This document shows, in pieces, positions 48,794 to 59,827 of a DNA stretch of 64,000 nt. The notes under the pieces were generated by a model. The model saw only the letters and a list, made by a program, of their open reading frames with translations, had not been told where the DNA came from and did no database searches. This DNA comes from a bacterium (GTDB lineage Bacteria; Bacteroidota; Bacteroidia; Bacteroidales; UBA3663): NCBI GenBank assembly GCA_963624265.1, contig CAVFPF010000025.1, positions 2,075 to 66,074 of the forward strand, in the 5' to 3' direction. The translations under genes and the position numbers were made by a program. Numbering within the stretch: the first letter of the stretch is position 1; the number at the start of each line of letters is the position of its first letter.

Positions 48794-51298
48794 TTATTGA
48801 ATGATGGTTTTCAACTTGAGAGTGCCCGCCTTGAGTTTCGAATCGGAGGCGGTGGCCTTGACAGTCACGGTGCCGGCGGAAGCGCGCTGGCTGCGCAAGA
48901 TGACCTGCAAGGTGCCCTGATACAGGCGCTTGCTCACGATGTCGGGGGTGAAGAGCTCGGCGGTATAGTGGTCGCCGTTGTCGAGAGCAACGGATGACGC
49001 CGGTCCGCTGAGGGAAATCTGGACCATAGAAGTGTCGGCAACGACGGTGCGGCCCTTGCTGTCGACGGCACGTACGGTGAGGTACTGCAGGTCCATGCCG
49101 TCGGCTTTCCATTCGGGCATGGTGAAGCGTGCGCCTTCGGGACCGAGCTCTTCCTGCTCGACAACGAGACGGACTGCTTTGCCCGTGGTCATAATCTGAT
49201 GACGAGCCACTTCCCTACCGCCGTTCTTGGCGATGGCGACCAGGGTGCCTCCGTTGCCGTAGGGGATGTCTTGCCAGAGAATCATGTTGCGGCTGCCGGG
49301 ATCATCGACGGGATTGGGCTTCGTGCCGAGACTACGGCCATTGTAGACGAGTTCGACCTCGTCGGCGTTGGTGAACGTGTAGAGGCTCTGGGTGGAACCG
49401 GCGGGGAAGTTCCAGCGGTTGCTGAGATTCTGCCGGCCCACGACGACGTCGTTCCAGTTGACCGACTCACCCTTGCCGTCGCGGACGCCGATGTGGACGG
49501 AGGGCGTGGCAGCGTCGTAGGCTGTGCGGACCAGGTAGGCCTGCGGATACGACTCGAGCGTGTGGCGGAAGTAGGCGTAGTTCCAGCCCTTCTTGGGCCA
49601 GCCGTTGCTCTCGCCCCAGTATTCGATAGCGCCCCAATAGGCGAGCCCCACACTGCGGTCGTAGGGCATGTTCCAGATGCACTTGAGCAGCCATTCGGTC
49701 TGTGCTTCGCTCTGGAAGAGAATCATCCAGGGGGCGTGCTTGAGGTAGTCGTTGTAGCAATTGCTCTGGTAGTTGAACGAAGAGACCTCGCAGACCTGTG
49801 CCAGTTCGGGCGGCACGCGGTAGGTGTCGAAATCGGGCGTGTTGCGCTGTGCGCCTGCACGGGCGGGGAACATGGCCACGGTGGTGAGACGCGAGTGGTC
49901 GTAGCGACGCAGCATCTCACGGAAGATGCGGTAGGTGGTGATGCCCCAGTCGTTGGTCTGATAACCGCTCCAGTCGGCACGCGTCTGCAGCTCGTTGCCA
50001 AGACTCCACAGCACAACAGACGGGCAGTTGCGGTCGCGCTTGACCCACTCGGGAATGAGCTCAGGCCAAAGCGTCATAAACGGACGGCGTCCGCCCCAGT
50101 AGTCGTTGTCGCTCCACTTGTCGGTCAGCTCGTCGACGACGAGGAGGCCCACCCGGTCGGCAATGCGTGTGAACGACTCGGAGTAGGGGTTGTGCGAACA
50201 GCGGATGCAGTTGAAGCCGAAGCTCTTGAGCTGCCGCATCATGCGCTCGATGGCCTTGTCGTAGGAGGCTGCGCCCAAAGCGCCGAGGTCGTGGTGGTTA
50301 GCGGCACCTTGCAGGAACACCTTGCGGCCATTGAGCTTGAAGCCGAAGTCGTTGCCGAACTCGATGCTGCGTATGCCGAAGGTCTCACGCAGGCTGTCGA
50401 CGACCATGCCGTTGCTGAGCAGGACGACCTCGGCCTGATAGAGTTGGGGCGAGTCGATGTCCCACAGCGCCGGAGAAGGCACACTGAGCAAGGGCATGTC
50501 GACTTCGACCACCGAGGCTTTGGTATGGTCGGGCATAGAGCACTCGGTGTAGCCGGCTCGGGTGCCGTCGGGGGCGTAGAGCGTGCACTGCAGACTGGCG
50601 TTCTGCTTCTGCCAGCCGCACACCTCGACCTGCACCTGCACATCGGCTTGGGCAGCCGAGACCTGCGGCGTGGTGATATAGATGCCGTGGCGGGCAACGT
50701 GGGTGGGGTTCTGCACCTTCAGGTACACGTCGCGGAAAAGGCCGCCACCGGTGTACCAACGCGAGCCTTTCGACTTGCCCGTGTTGGCATAGACGGCCAC
50801 CGTGTTGGGCTCGTCGTAGCGTAGATGACGGGTGATGTCGGCCTCGAAGCCCACGTAGCCGTAGTCGGTCGAAGCCACTTTGCGGCCGTTGATATAGACG
50901 TCGCCGTAGTACATGATGCCGCCGAAGTCGAGCAGCACCTGCTTGCCCTGCCAAAGGGAGTCGGCCGCGAACGTCTTTCTGTACCAGCCTTCGCCCTGGG
51001 CCTTGAAACCACGGGCTCCGCCTGCCTCTTCGCTCCAGGGCTGTTCGAACTGGAAGTCGTGAGGCAGGTCAAGGCTGCGCCATGCGGCATCGTCGTAGGA
51101 TGGCTGCGCAACGCGGTCGGCATCGGCCGGCCCTGCCTGAAATTTCCAGTCGAAGTTGAAGAGCTGCTTACGGTAGTGGCTGAACGAGGACAGCGGATAG
51201 TTCTGCCCCTGGGTTTTCTCCTTCCGCTCGACATATTGCGCATCGGAGGCCGAGACGGCCAGCAGCAGAAGGGCGACGGTAGTCAGAAGTTGTTTCAT
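48794..51298 (-). CDS. Secreted glycoside hydrolase family 2 enzyme
   Basis: Signal peptide MKQLLTTVALLLLAVSASDAQ. Motifs LPHDF, NCIRCSHNPY and WSLGNE. Confidence 0.85.
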   Translation of the reverse strand: MKQLLTTVALLLLAVSASDAQYVERKEKTQGQNYPLSSFSHYRKQLFNFDWKFQAGPADADRVAQPSYDDAAWRSLDLPHDFQFEQPWSEEAGGARGFKAQGEGWYRKTFAADSLWQGKQVLLDFGGIMYYGDVYINGRKVASTDYGYVGFEADITRHLRYDEPNTVAVYANTGKSKGSRWYTGGGLFRDVYLKVQNPTHVARHGIYITTPQVSAAQADVQVQVEVCGWQKQNASLQCTLYAPDGTRAGYTECSMPDHTKASVVEVDMPLLSVPSPALWDIDSPQLYQAEVVLLSNGMVVDSLRETFGIRSIEFGNDFGFKLNGRKVFLQGAANHHDLGALGAASYDKAIERMMRQLKSFGFNCIRCSHNPYSESFTRIADRVGLLVVDELTDKWSDNDYWGGRRPFMTLWPELIPEWVKRDRNCPSVVLWSLGNELQTRADWSGYQTNDWGITTYRIFREMLRRYDHSRLTTVAMFPARAGAQRNTPDFDTYRVPPELAQVCEVSSFNYQSNCYNDYLKHAPWMILFQSEAQTEWLLKCIWNMPYDRSVGLAYWGAIEYWGESNGWPKKGWNYAYFRHTLESYPQAYLVRTAYDAATPSVHIGVRDGKGESVNWNDVVVGRQNLSNRWNFPAGSTQSLYTFTNADEVELVYNGRSLGTKPNPVDDPGSRNMILWQDIPYGNGGTLVAIAKNGGREVARHQIMTTGKAVRLVVEQEELGPEGARFTMPEWKADGMDLQYLTVRAVDSKGRTVVADTSMVQISLSGPASSVALDNGDHYTAELFTPDIVSKRLYQGTLQVILRSQRASAGTVTVKATASDSKLKAGTLKLKTIIQ

Positions 51299-51336
51299 TT
51301 GTCTGTTGTTGGTTAAGGTTGTGGGTTAGCTGTTGC

Positions 51337-51447
51337 GTGCAAAAAGACAATCCTTGCTTGCGGGCAAAAGGTCGGACATATTGCGGGCAAAAGGATAATC
51401 CTTTGGTGCAAAGACAATTCTTTGTGTGCAAAGGTAGTCCTTATTGT
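51337..51447. repeat. Five tandem units of about 20-25 bp, each carrying a -7-like CTTTTGC/CTTTGC core on the - strand
   Basis: On the + strand, GCAAA(A)G cores occur at 51339, 51364, 51387, 51408 and 51428. The - strand reads TACCTTTGCAC, TGTCTTTGCAC, TATCCTTTTGCCCGC, GACCTTTTGCCCGC, TGTCTTTTTGCACGC. Confidence 0.75.
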
Positions 51448-51488
51448 ATTAACACGCAAATTTTGGACGTTAAAATGTGCGGAAAGGT

Positions 51489-53138
<1,650 letters not shown>

Positions 53139-53195
53139 CTTCGAACAGAAATTTTTAGAAAGGAAAAAAGGTGCAAGCGAGACCGGATGTCTCCC

Positions 53196-53408
53196 TTACG
53201 GCACGGGGTCGTAGCCGGAACCGCCCCACGGATGACAACGCGACAAGCGCCTCAGGGCCAGCCAACAGCCCTTGAGCACACCGTACTTCTGTATGGCCTC
53301 GAGCGCATACTGCGAGCAGGTGGGCGTGAAGCGGCAGGAAGGTGGCGTGAGGGGCGAGATACAGGTCTGATACCACCTGATCAGCCAGATGCAAATCTTT
53401 TTCATCAT
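53196..53408 (-). CDS. yidD: Membrane protein insertion efficiency factor
   Basis: YQ..ISP......CRF.PTCSQYA..A....G...G..L...R..RCHPW matches the YidD consensus. 70 aa. Confidence 0.92.
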   Translation of the reverse strand: MMKKICIWLIRWYQTCISPLTPPSCRFTPTCSQYALEAIQKYGVLKGCWLALRRLSRCHPWGGSGYDPVP

Positions 53409-53890
53409 GCCTGGGGTTGTGACGCCGGCAGCGCCGGACTACAAGATTGCTCCAGACTGCAAGACGGGACCGATGACCCCTGCGGGTTGCTCCCGGCAGA
53501 CTCGACGACCTTATGGCTCAAGGTGCGGATGATTTTGGCCATACGCTGCTGCGCATCGTGGAGCGAAATTTGCCTGTTGTCGCTATAGAGCAGGGCGAAG
53601 GCCAGCTTGCGGTGGTGGTCGGCGCACACCTTGTGGAGGGGCAGTTTAGCCACCCGGTACGACTCGCGGCAGATGCGCTTGACGCGGTTGCGGTCGACGG
53701 CATGCTTGAAGCGCTTCTTGGGCGCTATGGTCATAATGGCAACGCGGGCAATCTGCGGATCGTCCTCGTCGAGGATGCGGTAAATGACCCGATAGGGAAA
53801 GACCGTAAAGCCACTGCCCTTGGCAAAGAGGTTGCCGATGGCATCGCGCAGATAGAGCCGTTCTGTCTTGGGCAGTGTATATTGCTTCAT
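53405..53890 (-). CDS. rnpA: Ribonuclease P protein component
   Basis: [20 protein letters not shown]...[13 protein letters not shown] is the RnpA core. It overlaps the yidD start by 4 nt. It carries a Ser/Pro-rich C-terminal tail of about 35 aa. Confidence 0.85.
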   Translation of the reverse strand: MKQYTLPKTERLYLRDAIGNLFAKGSGFTVFPYRVIYRILDEDDPQIARVAIMTIAPKKRFKHAVDRNRVKRICRESYRVAKLPLHKVCADHHRKLAFALLYSDNRQISLHDAQQRMAKIIRTLSHKVVESAGSNPQGSSVPSCSLEQSCSPALPASQPQA

Positions 53891-53944
53891 AGTAAGAAAA
53901 AAATCATAACCGCCTCGGCACAGCGTTTAGGACTGAGGGCGCTT

Positions 53945-54072
53945 CTTTCAGTCCTGGCGGTTCTTGAGGAAGAAAGCATTCAGGGCAGATGGCGCTCAAA
54001 GCCGTGGTGGCTGTCCAAACCGCCTTTCAGTCCTGGCGATTCTTGAGGAAGTAGGCGTTCAGGGCAGATGGC
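53945..54072. repeat. 49-bp direct duplication (45/49 identical, offset 79 bp) of the 3' end of the hemD-like gene
   Basis: 53945-53993 versus 54024-54072. The second copy encodes the last residues and the stop of the gene. The first copy is intergenic. Confidence 0.85.
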
Positions 54073-54770
54073 ATCGACGGGGTCTCTTCGCTTGGGGCTT
54101 TGATGTCGACGCGAAGACCCCGGGCTTCGGCTGCAGCCTGCGTGTTTGGCCCGAACATGGCCAGCAACTGATCACCCTGCGTGTAGTTGGGGTCGTTGTT
54201 GAAGAGCGACTGCACACCGGCAGGCGTGAAGAGGCAGAGCATGTCGTACGACTTGATTTCGTCGGGCGAAATCTCGGAGCTCACGGTGCGGTACATGACG
54301 CAAGTGGTGACGTCCACTTTGGCCTTGGCAAACACCGACAAGTCCTCCTTGTGCACATCGGCCACGGGCATCAGGAACTTCTCGGTGTTGTGACGCTTCA
54401 TCACAAGAGCCAGTTCCGACAACTGTGCGACCTTCGGGAAGTGAATCTTGCGCTTACGGAAGGTGATGTACTTCTGCAAGTAGTTGGCTATCGTTTCGCT
54501 CAAGCAAAAATACTGCAGCTCGTCGGTAATGGGCGCGTGCAGTTCGCGGCAGAGGTTGAAGAAGTGGTCGGCGGCGATGCGCGAATTGAACACTATCGAT
54601 TTATAGTCGGGCACAAAGATTTTCTGTTCGCGAAATTCTTTGGCACTGAGTTGCTCTATGCGGATAAACGGTTTGAAGGTAAACTTCACCCCATACTTTT
54701 TTTCCAGGTCGAAGTAGGGCGACCTCTCTGGTTGTTGCGGTTGCGAGACGAGGATGTTCGTTACTTTCAT
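54027..54770 (-). CDS. Uroporphyrinogen-III synthase-like (HemD family) protein
   Basis: ILVSQPQQPERSPYFDLEKKYGVKFTFKPFI resembles Bacteroidota HemD-like proteins found next to rnpA. I chose the ATG at 54770 over the TTG at 54779. Confidence 0.65.
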   Translation of the reverse strand: MKVTNILVSQPQQPERSPYFDLEKKYGVKFTFKPFIRIEQLSAKEFREQKIFVPDYKSIVFNSRIAADHFFNLCRELHAPITDELQYFCLSETIANYLQKYITFRKRKIHFPKVAQLSELALVMKRHNTEKFLMPVADVHKEDLSVFAKAKVDVTTCVMYRTVSSEISPDEIKSYDMLCLFTPAGVQSLFNNDPNYTQGDQLLAMFGPNTQAAAEARGLRVDIKAPSEETPSMPSALNAYFLKNRQD

Positions 54771-54790
54771 GAATGACAAATTTCAGTATT

Positions 54791-55432
54791 TCAGGAGTTC
54801 GTCTTGGTCCAGATGATCAACAACGGCACAATATTGAACGCGCAAAGGTACAAAAAAAAGACAAACAACGTGCCGGGCCCTCGCCAAAAAATCTTGATTC
54901 CGCTCAAAAAGCAGAAGATTTGGACTGTTATGGAAATCAGCACAAGCAAAAAGAGGTTGGCCAAAGGCGAAATCAAGCCCACCGCCTGCAGCAGAAAGAA
55001 CACCATGACGAAGGGACTTGCCAGCAGATGGGCGGACAGATATACGCGGTCGAGGATGTGAATGCCGCCAGCCTGACTGAAGATGTAACCCCACCAGTGA
55101 TAGAGCAGCCACTGCGCGAAGAAGACGGCCAGCGGAACGGCCACGCAGAGGGCAATGTCAGAGACCACCGACAGGTCGGGGTGCGCCAGGTGCAGATAGG
55201 GAGCGGGGTCGAAGCAGGTGTAGAGCGTAATGCCCGAGAAGGCAAACCACTGGAGCATCAGGGCGATGCGGCCAAACGACAGAGCCCGGTCGTTGTTGAA
55301 TGTGCGCAGGTTGCGGAAGTCGGTCAGATTGGGCCATTGGGCACGGATGATGCCGTACGGCCCCCAACTCGCAAGGTTGGTGGCAAGGCACAATATCAGC
55401 ACAAGGGCCAGGTATGGAATGAACGAAAGCAC
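54791..55432 (-). CDS. Multi-pass membrane protein, probably DUF4271 family
   Basis: Five to six hydrophobic segments. Synteny with the hemD-like gene matches what I remember for Bacteroidota. The start codon is apparently GTG. Confidence 0.5.
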   Translation of the reverse strand: MLSFIPYLALVLILCLATNLASWGPYGIIRAQWPNLTDFRNLRTFNNDRALSFGRIALMLQWFAFSGITLYTCFDPAPYLHLAHPDLSVVSDIALCVAVPLAVFFAQWLLYHWWGYIFSQAGGIHILDRVYLSAHLLASPFVMVFFLLQAVGLISPLANLFLLVLISITVQIFCFLSGIKIFWRGPGTLFVFFLYLCAFNIVPLLIIWTKTNS

Positions 55433-55531
55433 GGTGTCAGAGGGTGTTGGGTGAGAACGGTGTTGTTGGGTGTTATGTTTATGTGTTTTGTGTTGCCTTC
55501 AGGACCAAGAACGTGTCGCGTGTCGCGCTTG

Positions 55532-56752
55532 TCAGTCGGTGTCGGGCAGCAACTGGAAATCGACCATCACGGGATAGTGGTCGGAGGCCTTTATCTCCTT
55601 CAGCACCCGAGCCCTCAGCGCATGGAAGTGGGATGAGTGGAACACGTGGTCGATGCGGAAAAGGAAAGGAATCTCGCGGTAGGTCGTACCCGGTCCGTAG
55701 CCGGCTTCGACCCAGGCATCACCAAAATCACGCCGCAGCGAGTGGTAGGTAAACGAAATCGGAGTGTCGTTCAGGTCGCCGCAGATGAGCAGCGGCAACT
55801 TGTCGCTGGCTATCATGCGGGTGTTGAGGAAGCGGTTGATGATGCTTGTCTGACGCGTGCGCTCGAGGAACGAGGGCTTCAGCTGGCGCAGTCCGTCCTC
55901 CATACGGGCAAGGCTGTCCGACTCAAAGTGACGGGCCTGCGATTTATAGAGCTTGCGGTTTTCGTTCGACAGCCGGGTGCTCTCCAGGTGGCAGTTGACG
56001 AGCGCCAGCTTGCGACCACGATAGTCGATTTCGTAGTACATGGCCCACGTGTAGTCGGTCGAGCAGGTGTCTATCTTCACCTCGGTCAGTATGGGCCATT
56101 TGCTGTAGAGGACGATGCCCATAAACTCCCGGTTGGAGTTGCGCAGGAAGTGATAGTAGGGATACTGCTCCTTGACCCGTTCGCGCAGCTTCTCCTCCGT
56201 GTGTCCGTTCTTGCGGTTGGAATAGGCGTATTCCTGCAGAAAAACGACATCGGCGTCACTTTCCTGGACCAAATCCATCACGGGCAGCGGTTCGGTCTCG
56301 AGGTTCAGATGCGCGTCGCCCAGACCTCGGGTATTGAAGGTCAGGACACGGAAGGTGTCGACGGGCGTGGTCGTGACTTTGCCGCCTACGGTCATCGTGT
56401 TGACAATGGGCTGCGGACGAGAATAGCGGAAGGGGAAGTAACGCTGAATGCGCGGACTGATGGCTGTGAAGCAGACAAGCATAAACAACGCAAGCTTCCA
56501 GTGGCGCGCCGCCAGAAGAAGCATGGTCCACAATATGGCCGACAAAAGGAAAACGGGAAAGGCCAACCCCAGATAGGCCGCAAAAATCCACACAACGGGA
56601 CTGACCAGGTCGCTGTAAGCAGAACTTATCAGCAACGCGGCCACTACCACTGTGATGGCTTTCGTGACTGTCGAGAAAGCCCATAAGACAAGTTTGGCAG
56701 CACATCGCCAAAGAGGCCGTGCTGCCAAATTTTTCCGATTGTCTGTAGCCAA
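55532..56752 (-). CDS. Membrane-anchored endonuclease/exonuclease/phosphatase (EEP) family protein
   Basis: The N-terminal region has about three TM segments. The EEP blocks are VLTFNTRG, DVVFLQE, CGDLNDT and DHYPV. The start is a TTG 2 nt after the rplS stop; the first in-frame ATG is about 75 codons downstream. Confidence 0.7.
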   Translation of the reverse strand: MATDNRKNLAARPLWRCAAKLVLWAFSTVTKAITVVVAALLISSAYSDLVSPVVWIFAAYLGLAFPVFLLSAILWTMLLLAARHWKLALFMLVCFTAISPRIQRYFPFRYSRPQPIVNTMTVGGKVTTTPVDTFRVLTFNTRGLGDAHLNLETEPLPVMDLVQESDADVVFLQEYAYSNRKNGHTEEKLRERVKEQYPYYHFLRNSNREFMGIVLYSKWPILTEVKIDTCSTDYTWAMYYEIDYRGRKLALVNCHLESTRLSNENRKLYKSQARHFESDSLARMEDGLRQLKPSFLERTRQTSIINRFLNTRMIASDKLPLLICGDLNDTPISFTYHSLRRDFGDAWVEAGYGPGTTYREIPFLFRIDHVFHSSHFHALRARVLKEIKASDHYPVMVDFQLLPDTD

Positions 56753-56754
56753 GA

Positions 56755-57123
56755 TTACTGAGCCTTAGGGGCAACGTGCTGCTTCTCGCGGATGCGGGCA
56801 GCCTTGCCAGTCAGATTACGGAGGTAATAGAGGCGGGCGCGACGTACACGGCCTTCCTTGTTGACCTCGACTTTCTCAATGAAGGGTGACTCCATCGGGA
56901 AGATACGCTCTACGCCGACACCGTCGGAAATCTTGCGTACAGTGAATCTCTTTTTTGTACCATGACCCGAAATACGGATGACTACGCCTCGGTACTGCTG
57001 GATACGCTCTTTGTTTCCTTCCTTGATCTTGTAGAAAACAGAGATGGTATCTCCGCTGTTGAATGCCGGAAGCTCTTTGCCTGTAGCAAATGCCTCTTCG
57101 GCAATCTTCATCAAATCTGCCAT
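56755..57123 (-). CDS. rplS: 50S ribosomal protein L19
   Basis: [29 protein letters not shown]...[14 protein letters not shown]...SP.I..V.V matches the L19 consensus. Confidence 0.95.
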   Translation of the reverse strand: MADLMKIAEEAFATGKELPAFNSGDTISVFYKIKEGNKERIQQYRGVVIRISGHGTKKRFTVRKISDGVGVERIFPMESPFIEKVEVNKEGRVRRARLYYLRNLTGKAARIREKQHVAPKAQ

Positions 57124-57213
57124 TTTTGTGACTGTTTTAATGTTGTTAATAAATTAAGACTATTGAAGCATCCACAAGTAGCGTTCCTTGCCATAGGCTT
57201 CAAAAAGCGAGTG

Positions 57214-57221
57214 CAAAGGTA
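57214..57221 (-). promoter_or_regulatory. Candidate -7 box (TACCTTTG) for rplS
   Basis: The - strand reads TACCTTTG, about 90 nt upstream of the rplS ATG. Confidence 0.35.
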
Positions 57222-57287
57222 ACTTATTTTTAAGTTATGAACAATCTTTTTGCCCAAAAAAATCATTGCAGACTTTGCTTTTTATGC

Positions 57288-57334
57288 ATTTCGCCGCGGA
57301 AATGACCTTTTGGCGTGTCATTCCGCGACGAAAT
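57288..57334 (-). terminator. Inverted repeat, possible terminator after the GH3 gene
   Basis: ATTTCGCCGCGGAAATGAC ...10 nt... GTCATTCCGCGACGAAAT (one bulge, one mismatch). There is no clear U-tract. Confidence 0.4.
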
Positions 57335-57365
57335 TTGTCAGTAATTCTGTATCAGATGTTTGGAC

Positions 57366-57417
57366 CGGAAGTCAGAATCGGAAGTCCGAACAGAACCGGA
57401 AGTCCAAACCGAAAGTG
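57366..57417. repeat. Short degenerate tandem repeat (CGGAAGTC core, 13-17 bp period)
   Basis: CGGAAGTC at 57366, 57379 and 57396, and CGAAAGTG at 57410. The array abuts the GH3 stop codon. Confidence 0.7.
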
Positions 57418-59817
57418 TCAGAGCCGGTAAGTGACCTTTCCGCGCACGTCGGCCGACGAGGCTGCAACATAGACAGTGAACGAGCCGGGTTCGGCCACCC
57501 ATTCGTGCTTGTCTTCGTCAAAGTACTTGAGGTCGTCGGGCTGGATTGTGTAGGTGACGGTCTTTTCCTCGCCGGGCTGCAGGGCAACCTTCTGGAAGTA
57601 TTTCAGCTCTTTGGGCGCACGCACCACCGAAGCCTTGTCGTCGCCGACATAGAACTGCACGACCTCCTGGCCGGCCACATCGCCCGTGTTGGTAATGGTG
57701 ACGGAGACGACGTTGCCCGCAATGGTGGGCTTGCCGTAACGGAAGGCCGTATAGCTCAGACCGTAGCCGAAGGGGAAGGTGAGTCGGCTCTTCCGCTGCG
57801 CATAGGTGCCGTTGGTGCCTTTCGCATCATACCAACGGTAGCCCAGCAGGATGTCTTCGGCATAGACTTGCGCCTCGTTGCCGTTGCCGGCGTGGTCGTT
57901 GGGATTGATGGAGGTGTTGCGGGCAGAGAGGGCCTGGTCGCCCCCGATGGCCTTACGCTGCGCTTCGAAGAAACCCTTCTTCAGCAGGTCGGCCGACTTG
58001 GGGTTGCCCTTGCCGTACTGGAAGACGGCGGGCAGCGAGTCGGGGTCAATGCCGGGATAACCGACACGGCCCAGCTGGTGCGACGGGTAGTCGGCGAGCG
58101 AGTGCGCATAGGAGAAGGGGGTCTTGCCGGAAGGGCAGACGTCGCCCGACAGGATGTCGGTCAGCGCCGGTCCGGCCTGGCTGCCAAGATACCACGACTG
58201 CACCAGGTTGGGCACTTTGTCAAGCCAGGGCATGGCGTAGGCATTGCCGCTCACGATGACGGTAACCAGGTTGGCATTGGCTTCGGCCAGGGCTTCGATG
58301 AGTTCGTCCTGATAGAAATCGAGGTTGTAGAAACGACGGTCGCCGCCTTCGCAGTCCTGGAAGTGGTTCTTGTTGAGTCCGCCCACGTAGATGACCAGGT
58401 CGGCCTCTTTGGCTTTGGCAACGGCTTCCTCACGGAGCTGCACCTGTGTGGCCTCGGGAATGTCGTCGATTCGGCCATAATAGGCGCCGCCGCAAGTGTA
58501 GCCCTGTGCGAAGTCGATGGTCGCCTGCGCGCCGTAACGCTCACGCAAGGCCCTCAGCAGCGAAATCTCGTCTTTTGGTTTCAGTTCGGAAGAGCCTCCG
58601 CCCTTGCAAAGCGAACGGACCGCATTGTCGCCGACCACAAGTATTCGCTTATAGCGCTTGATGTCGAGAGGAAGCAGCGGACGGTCGGCCGAAGCCGGAG
58701 CGTCGTTCTTCAGCAGCACAATGCCCTCTTGGGCAATCTTGCGCGCGGCGTCGAGGTGCTCCCGGGTGTTGGCGCAGCCCAACGGGCGACGGGTGTTCAT
58801 TACGGTGCGGAACATCAGGCGGAGCATGCGGCGGGCCTTGTCGTTGACGATAGAGTCGGGCACTTCTCCCCTGCTGACCATCTCGCGGTAGCCCCGGCCG
58901 AGATAGTAGTCGTCGTAGCCGAAACCGGTGGCTTCGGTGGTCAGACCGTTGGTGTGGCTGCCCATCTCGAGGTCCAGGCCGTTGAAGACCGACTCTTTGG
59001 TGTCGTGGCAACCGCCCCAGTCGGTAATGACGGCTCCGTCAAACTGCCACTCCCCTTTCAGTATTTTGTTCAGCAGCCGCTCGTTGTGGCAGCAGTGCTG
59101 GTCCTGATACTCATTGTAACTGCCCATCACACTCCAGGCGTGTCCGTCATTGACGGCTGCGTAGAAGGGGCGCAGGTAGAGCTCGTAGAGCGCACGGTCG
59201 GAGACTTTGACATCCACATGCCCGCGAAATTCCTCTTGGTCGTTGAGCACAAAGTGCTTGATGCAGCAGGCCACGCCGTTGCTCTGCAGACCCTGAATGT
59301 AGCGGACTGCCATACGGCCTGACAGATACGGGTCTTCGCCCATATACTCGAAGTTGCGGCCGTTGAGCGGAGTGCGGTAGAGGTTGACGCCGGGTCCGAG
59401 CAACACCGATTTCTTGCGGTAACGGGCTTCCTCGCCGACATTGACGCCGTAGAGGTAGGCCAACTCGGGGTTCCAGGTGGCGGCCAGGCAGGTCAAGGCC
59501 GGGAAGGCCGTAATCGAGTCGCTCGTCCAGGCGGAATAGCCCCAGTCGTTCCAGTTGATTTCGGCACGGACGCCGTGCGGGCCGTCGCTCATCCAGAGTT
59601 CGGGGAGACCCAGACGGGGCACGCCCGGACTCGAGAACTTAGACTGCGCGTACGACAGCCTAAGCTTTTCGTCGCGCGTCATGCGGCCCAATGTCTCTTC
59701 AACGACGGCCTCAAGGTCGCCATGACCTTCGAGCCACGCCTGAAGTTGCGGCTGTTGTGCGACCACGGGAACCGCACACATGACGGCAAGCGTGGTCAGA
59801 ATATGTTTTTTCGTCAT
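57418..59817 (-). CDS. Secreted glycoside hydrolase family 3 enzyme (beta-glucosidase-like)
   Basis: Signal peptide. GH3 blocks: MSDGPHGVR, KHFVLNDQE, GAVITDWGG (nucleophile-region equivalent of SDW). A C-terminal Fn3-like domain is present. Confidence 0.88.
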   Translation of the reverse strand: MTKKHILTTLAVMCAVPVVAQQPQLQAWLEGHGDLEAVVEETLGRMTRDEKLRLSYAQSKFSSPGVPRLGLPELWMSDGPHGVRAEINWNDWGYSAWTSDSITAFPALTCLAATWNPELAYLYGVNVGEEARYRKKSVLLGPGVNLYRTPLNGRNFEYMGEDPYLSGRMAVRYIQGLQSNGVACCIKHFVLNDQEEFRGHVDVKVSDRALYELYLRPFYAAVNDGHAWSVMGSYNEYQDQHCCHNERLLNKILKGEWQFDGAVITDWGGCHDTKESVFNGLDLEMGSHTNGLTTEATGFGYDDYYLGRGYREMVSRGEVPDSIVNDKARRMLRLMFRTVMNTRRPLGCANTREHLDAARKIAQEGIVLLKNDAPASADRPLLPLDIKRYKRILVVGDNAVRSLCKGGGSSELKPKDEISLLRALRERYGAQATIDFAQGYTCGGAYYGRIDDIPEATQVQLREEAVAKAKEADLVIYVGGLNKNHFQDCEGGDRRFYNLDFYQDELIEALAEANANLVTVIVSGNAYAMPWLDKVPNLVQSWYLGSQAGPALTDILSGDVCPSGKTPFSYAHSLADYPSHQLGRVGYPGIDPDSLPAVFQYGKGNPKSADLLKKGFFEAQRKAIGGDQALSARNTSINPNDHAGNGNEAQVYAEDILLGYRWYDAKGTNGTYAQRKSRLTFPFGYGLSYTAFRYGKPTIAGNVVSVTITNTGDVAGQEVVQFYVGDDKASVVRAPKELKYFQKVALQPGEEKTVTYTIQPDDLKYFDEDKHEWVAEPGSFTVYVAASSADVRGKVTYRL

Positions 59818-59827
59818 ATCTTGTTCG

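Noticed and set aside
53405-53520. The Ser/Pro-rich ~35-aa C-terminal extension of RnpA, considered as a possible frameshift or fusion.
   Set aside because: The reading frame is continuous, and it ends in the typical 4-nt ATGA overlap with yidD. There is no evidence of a disrupted gene.
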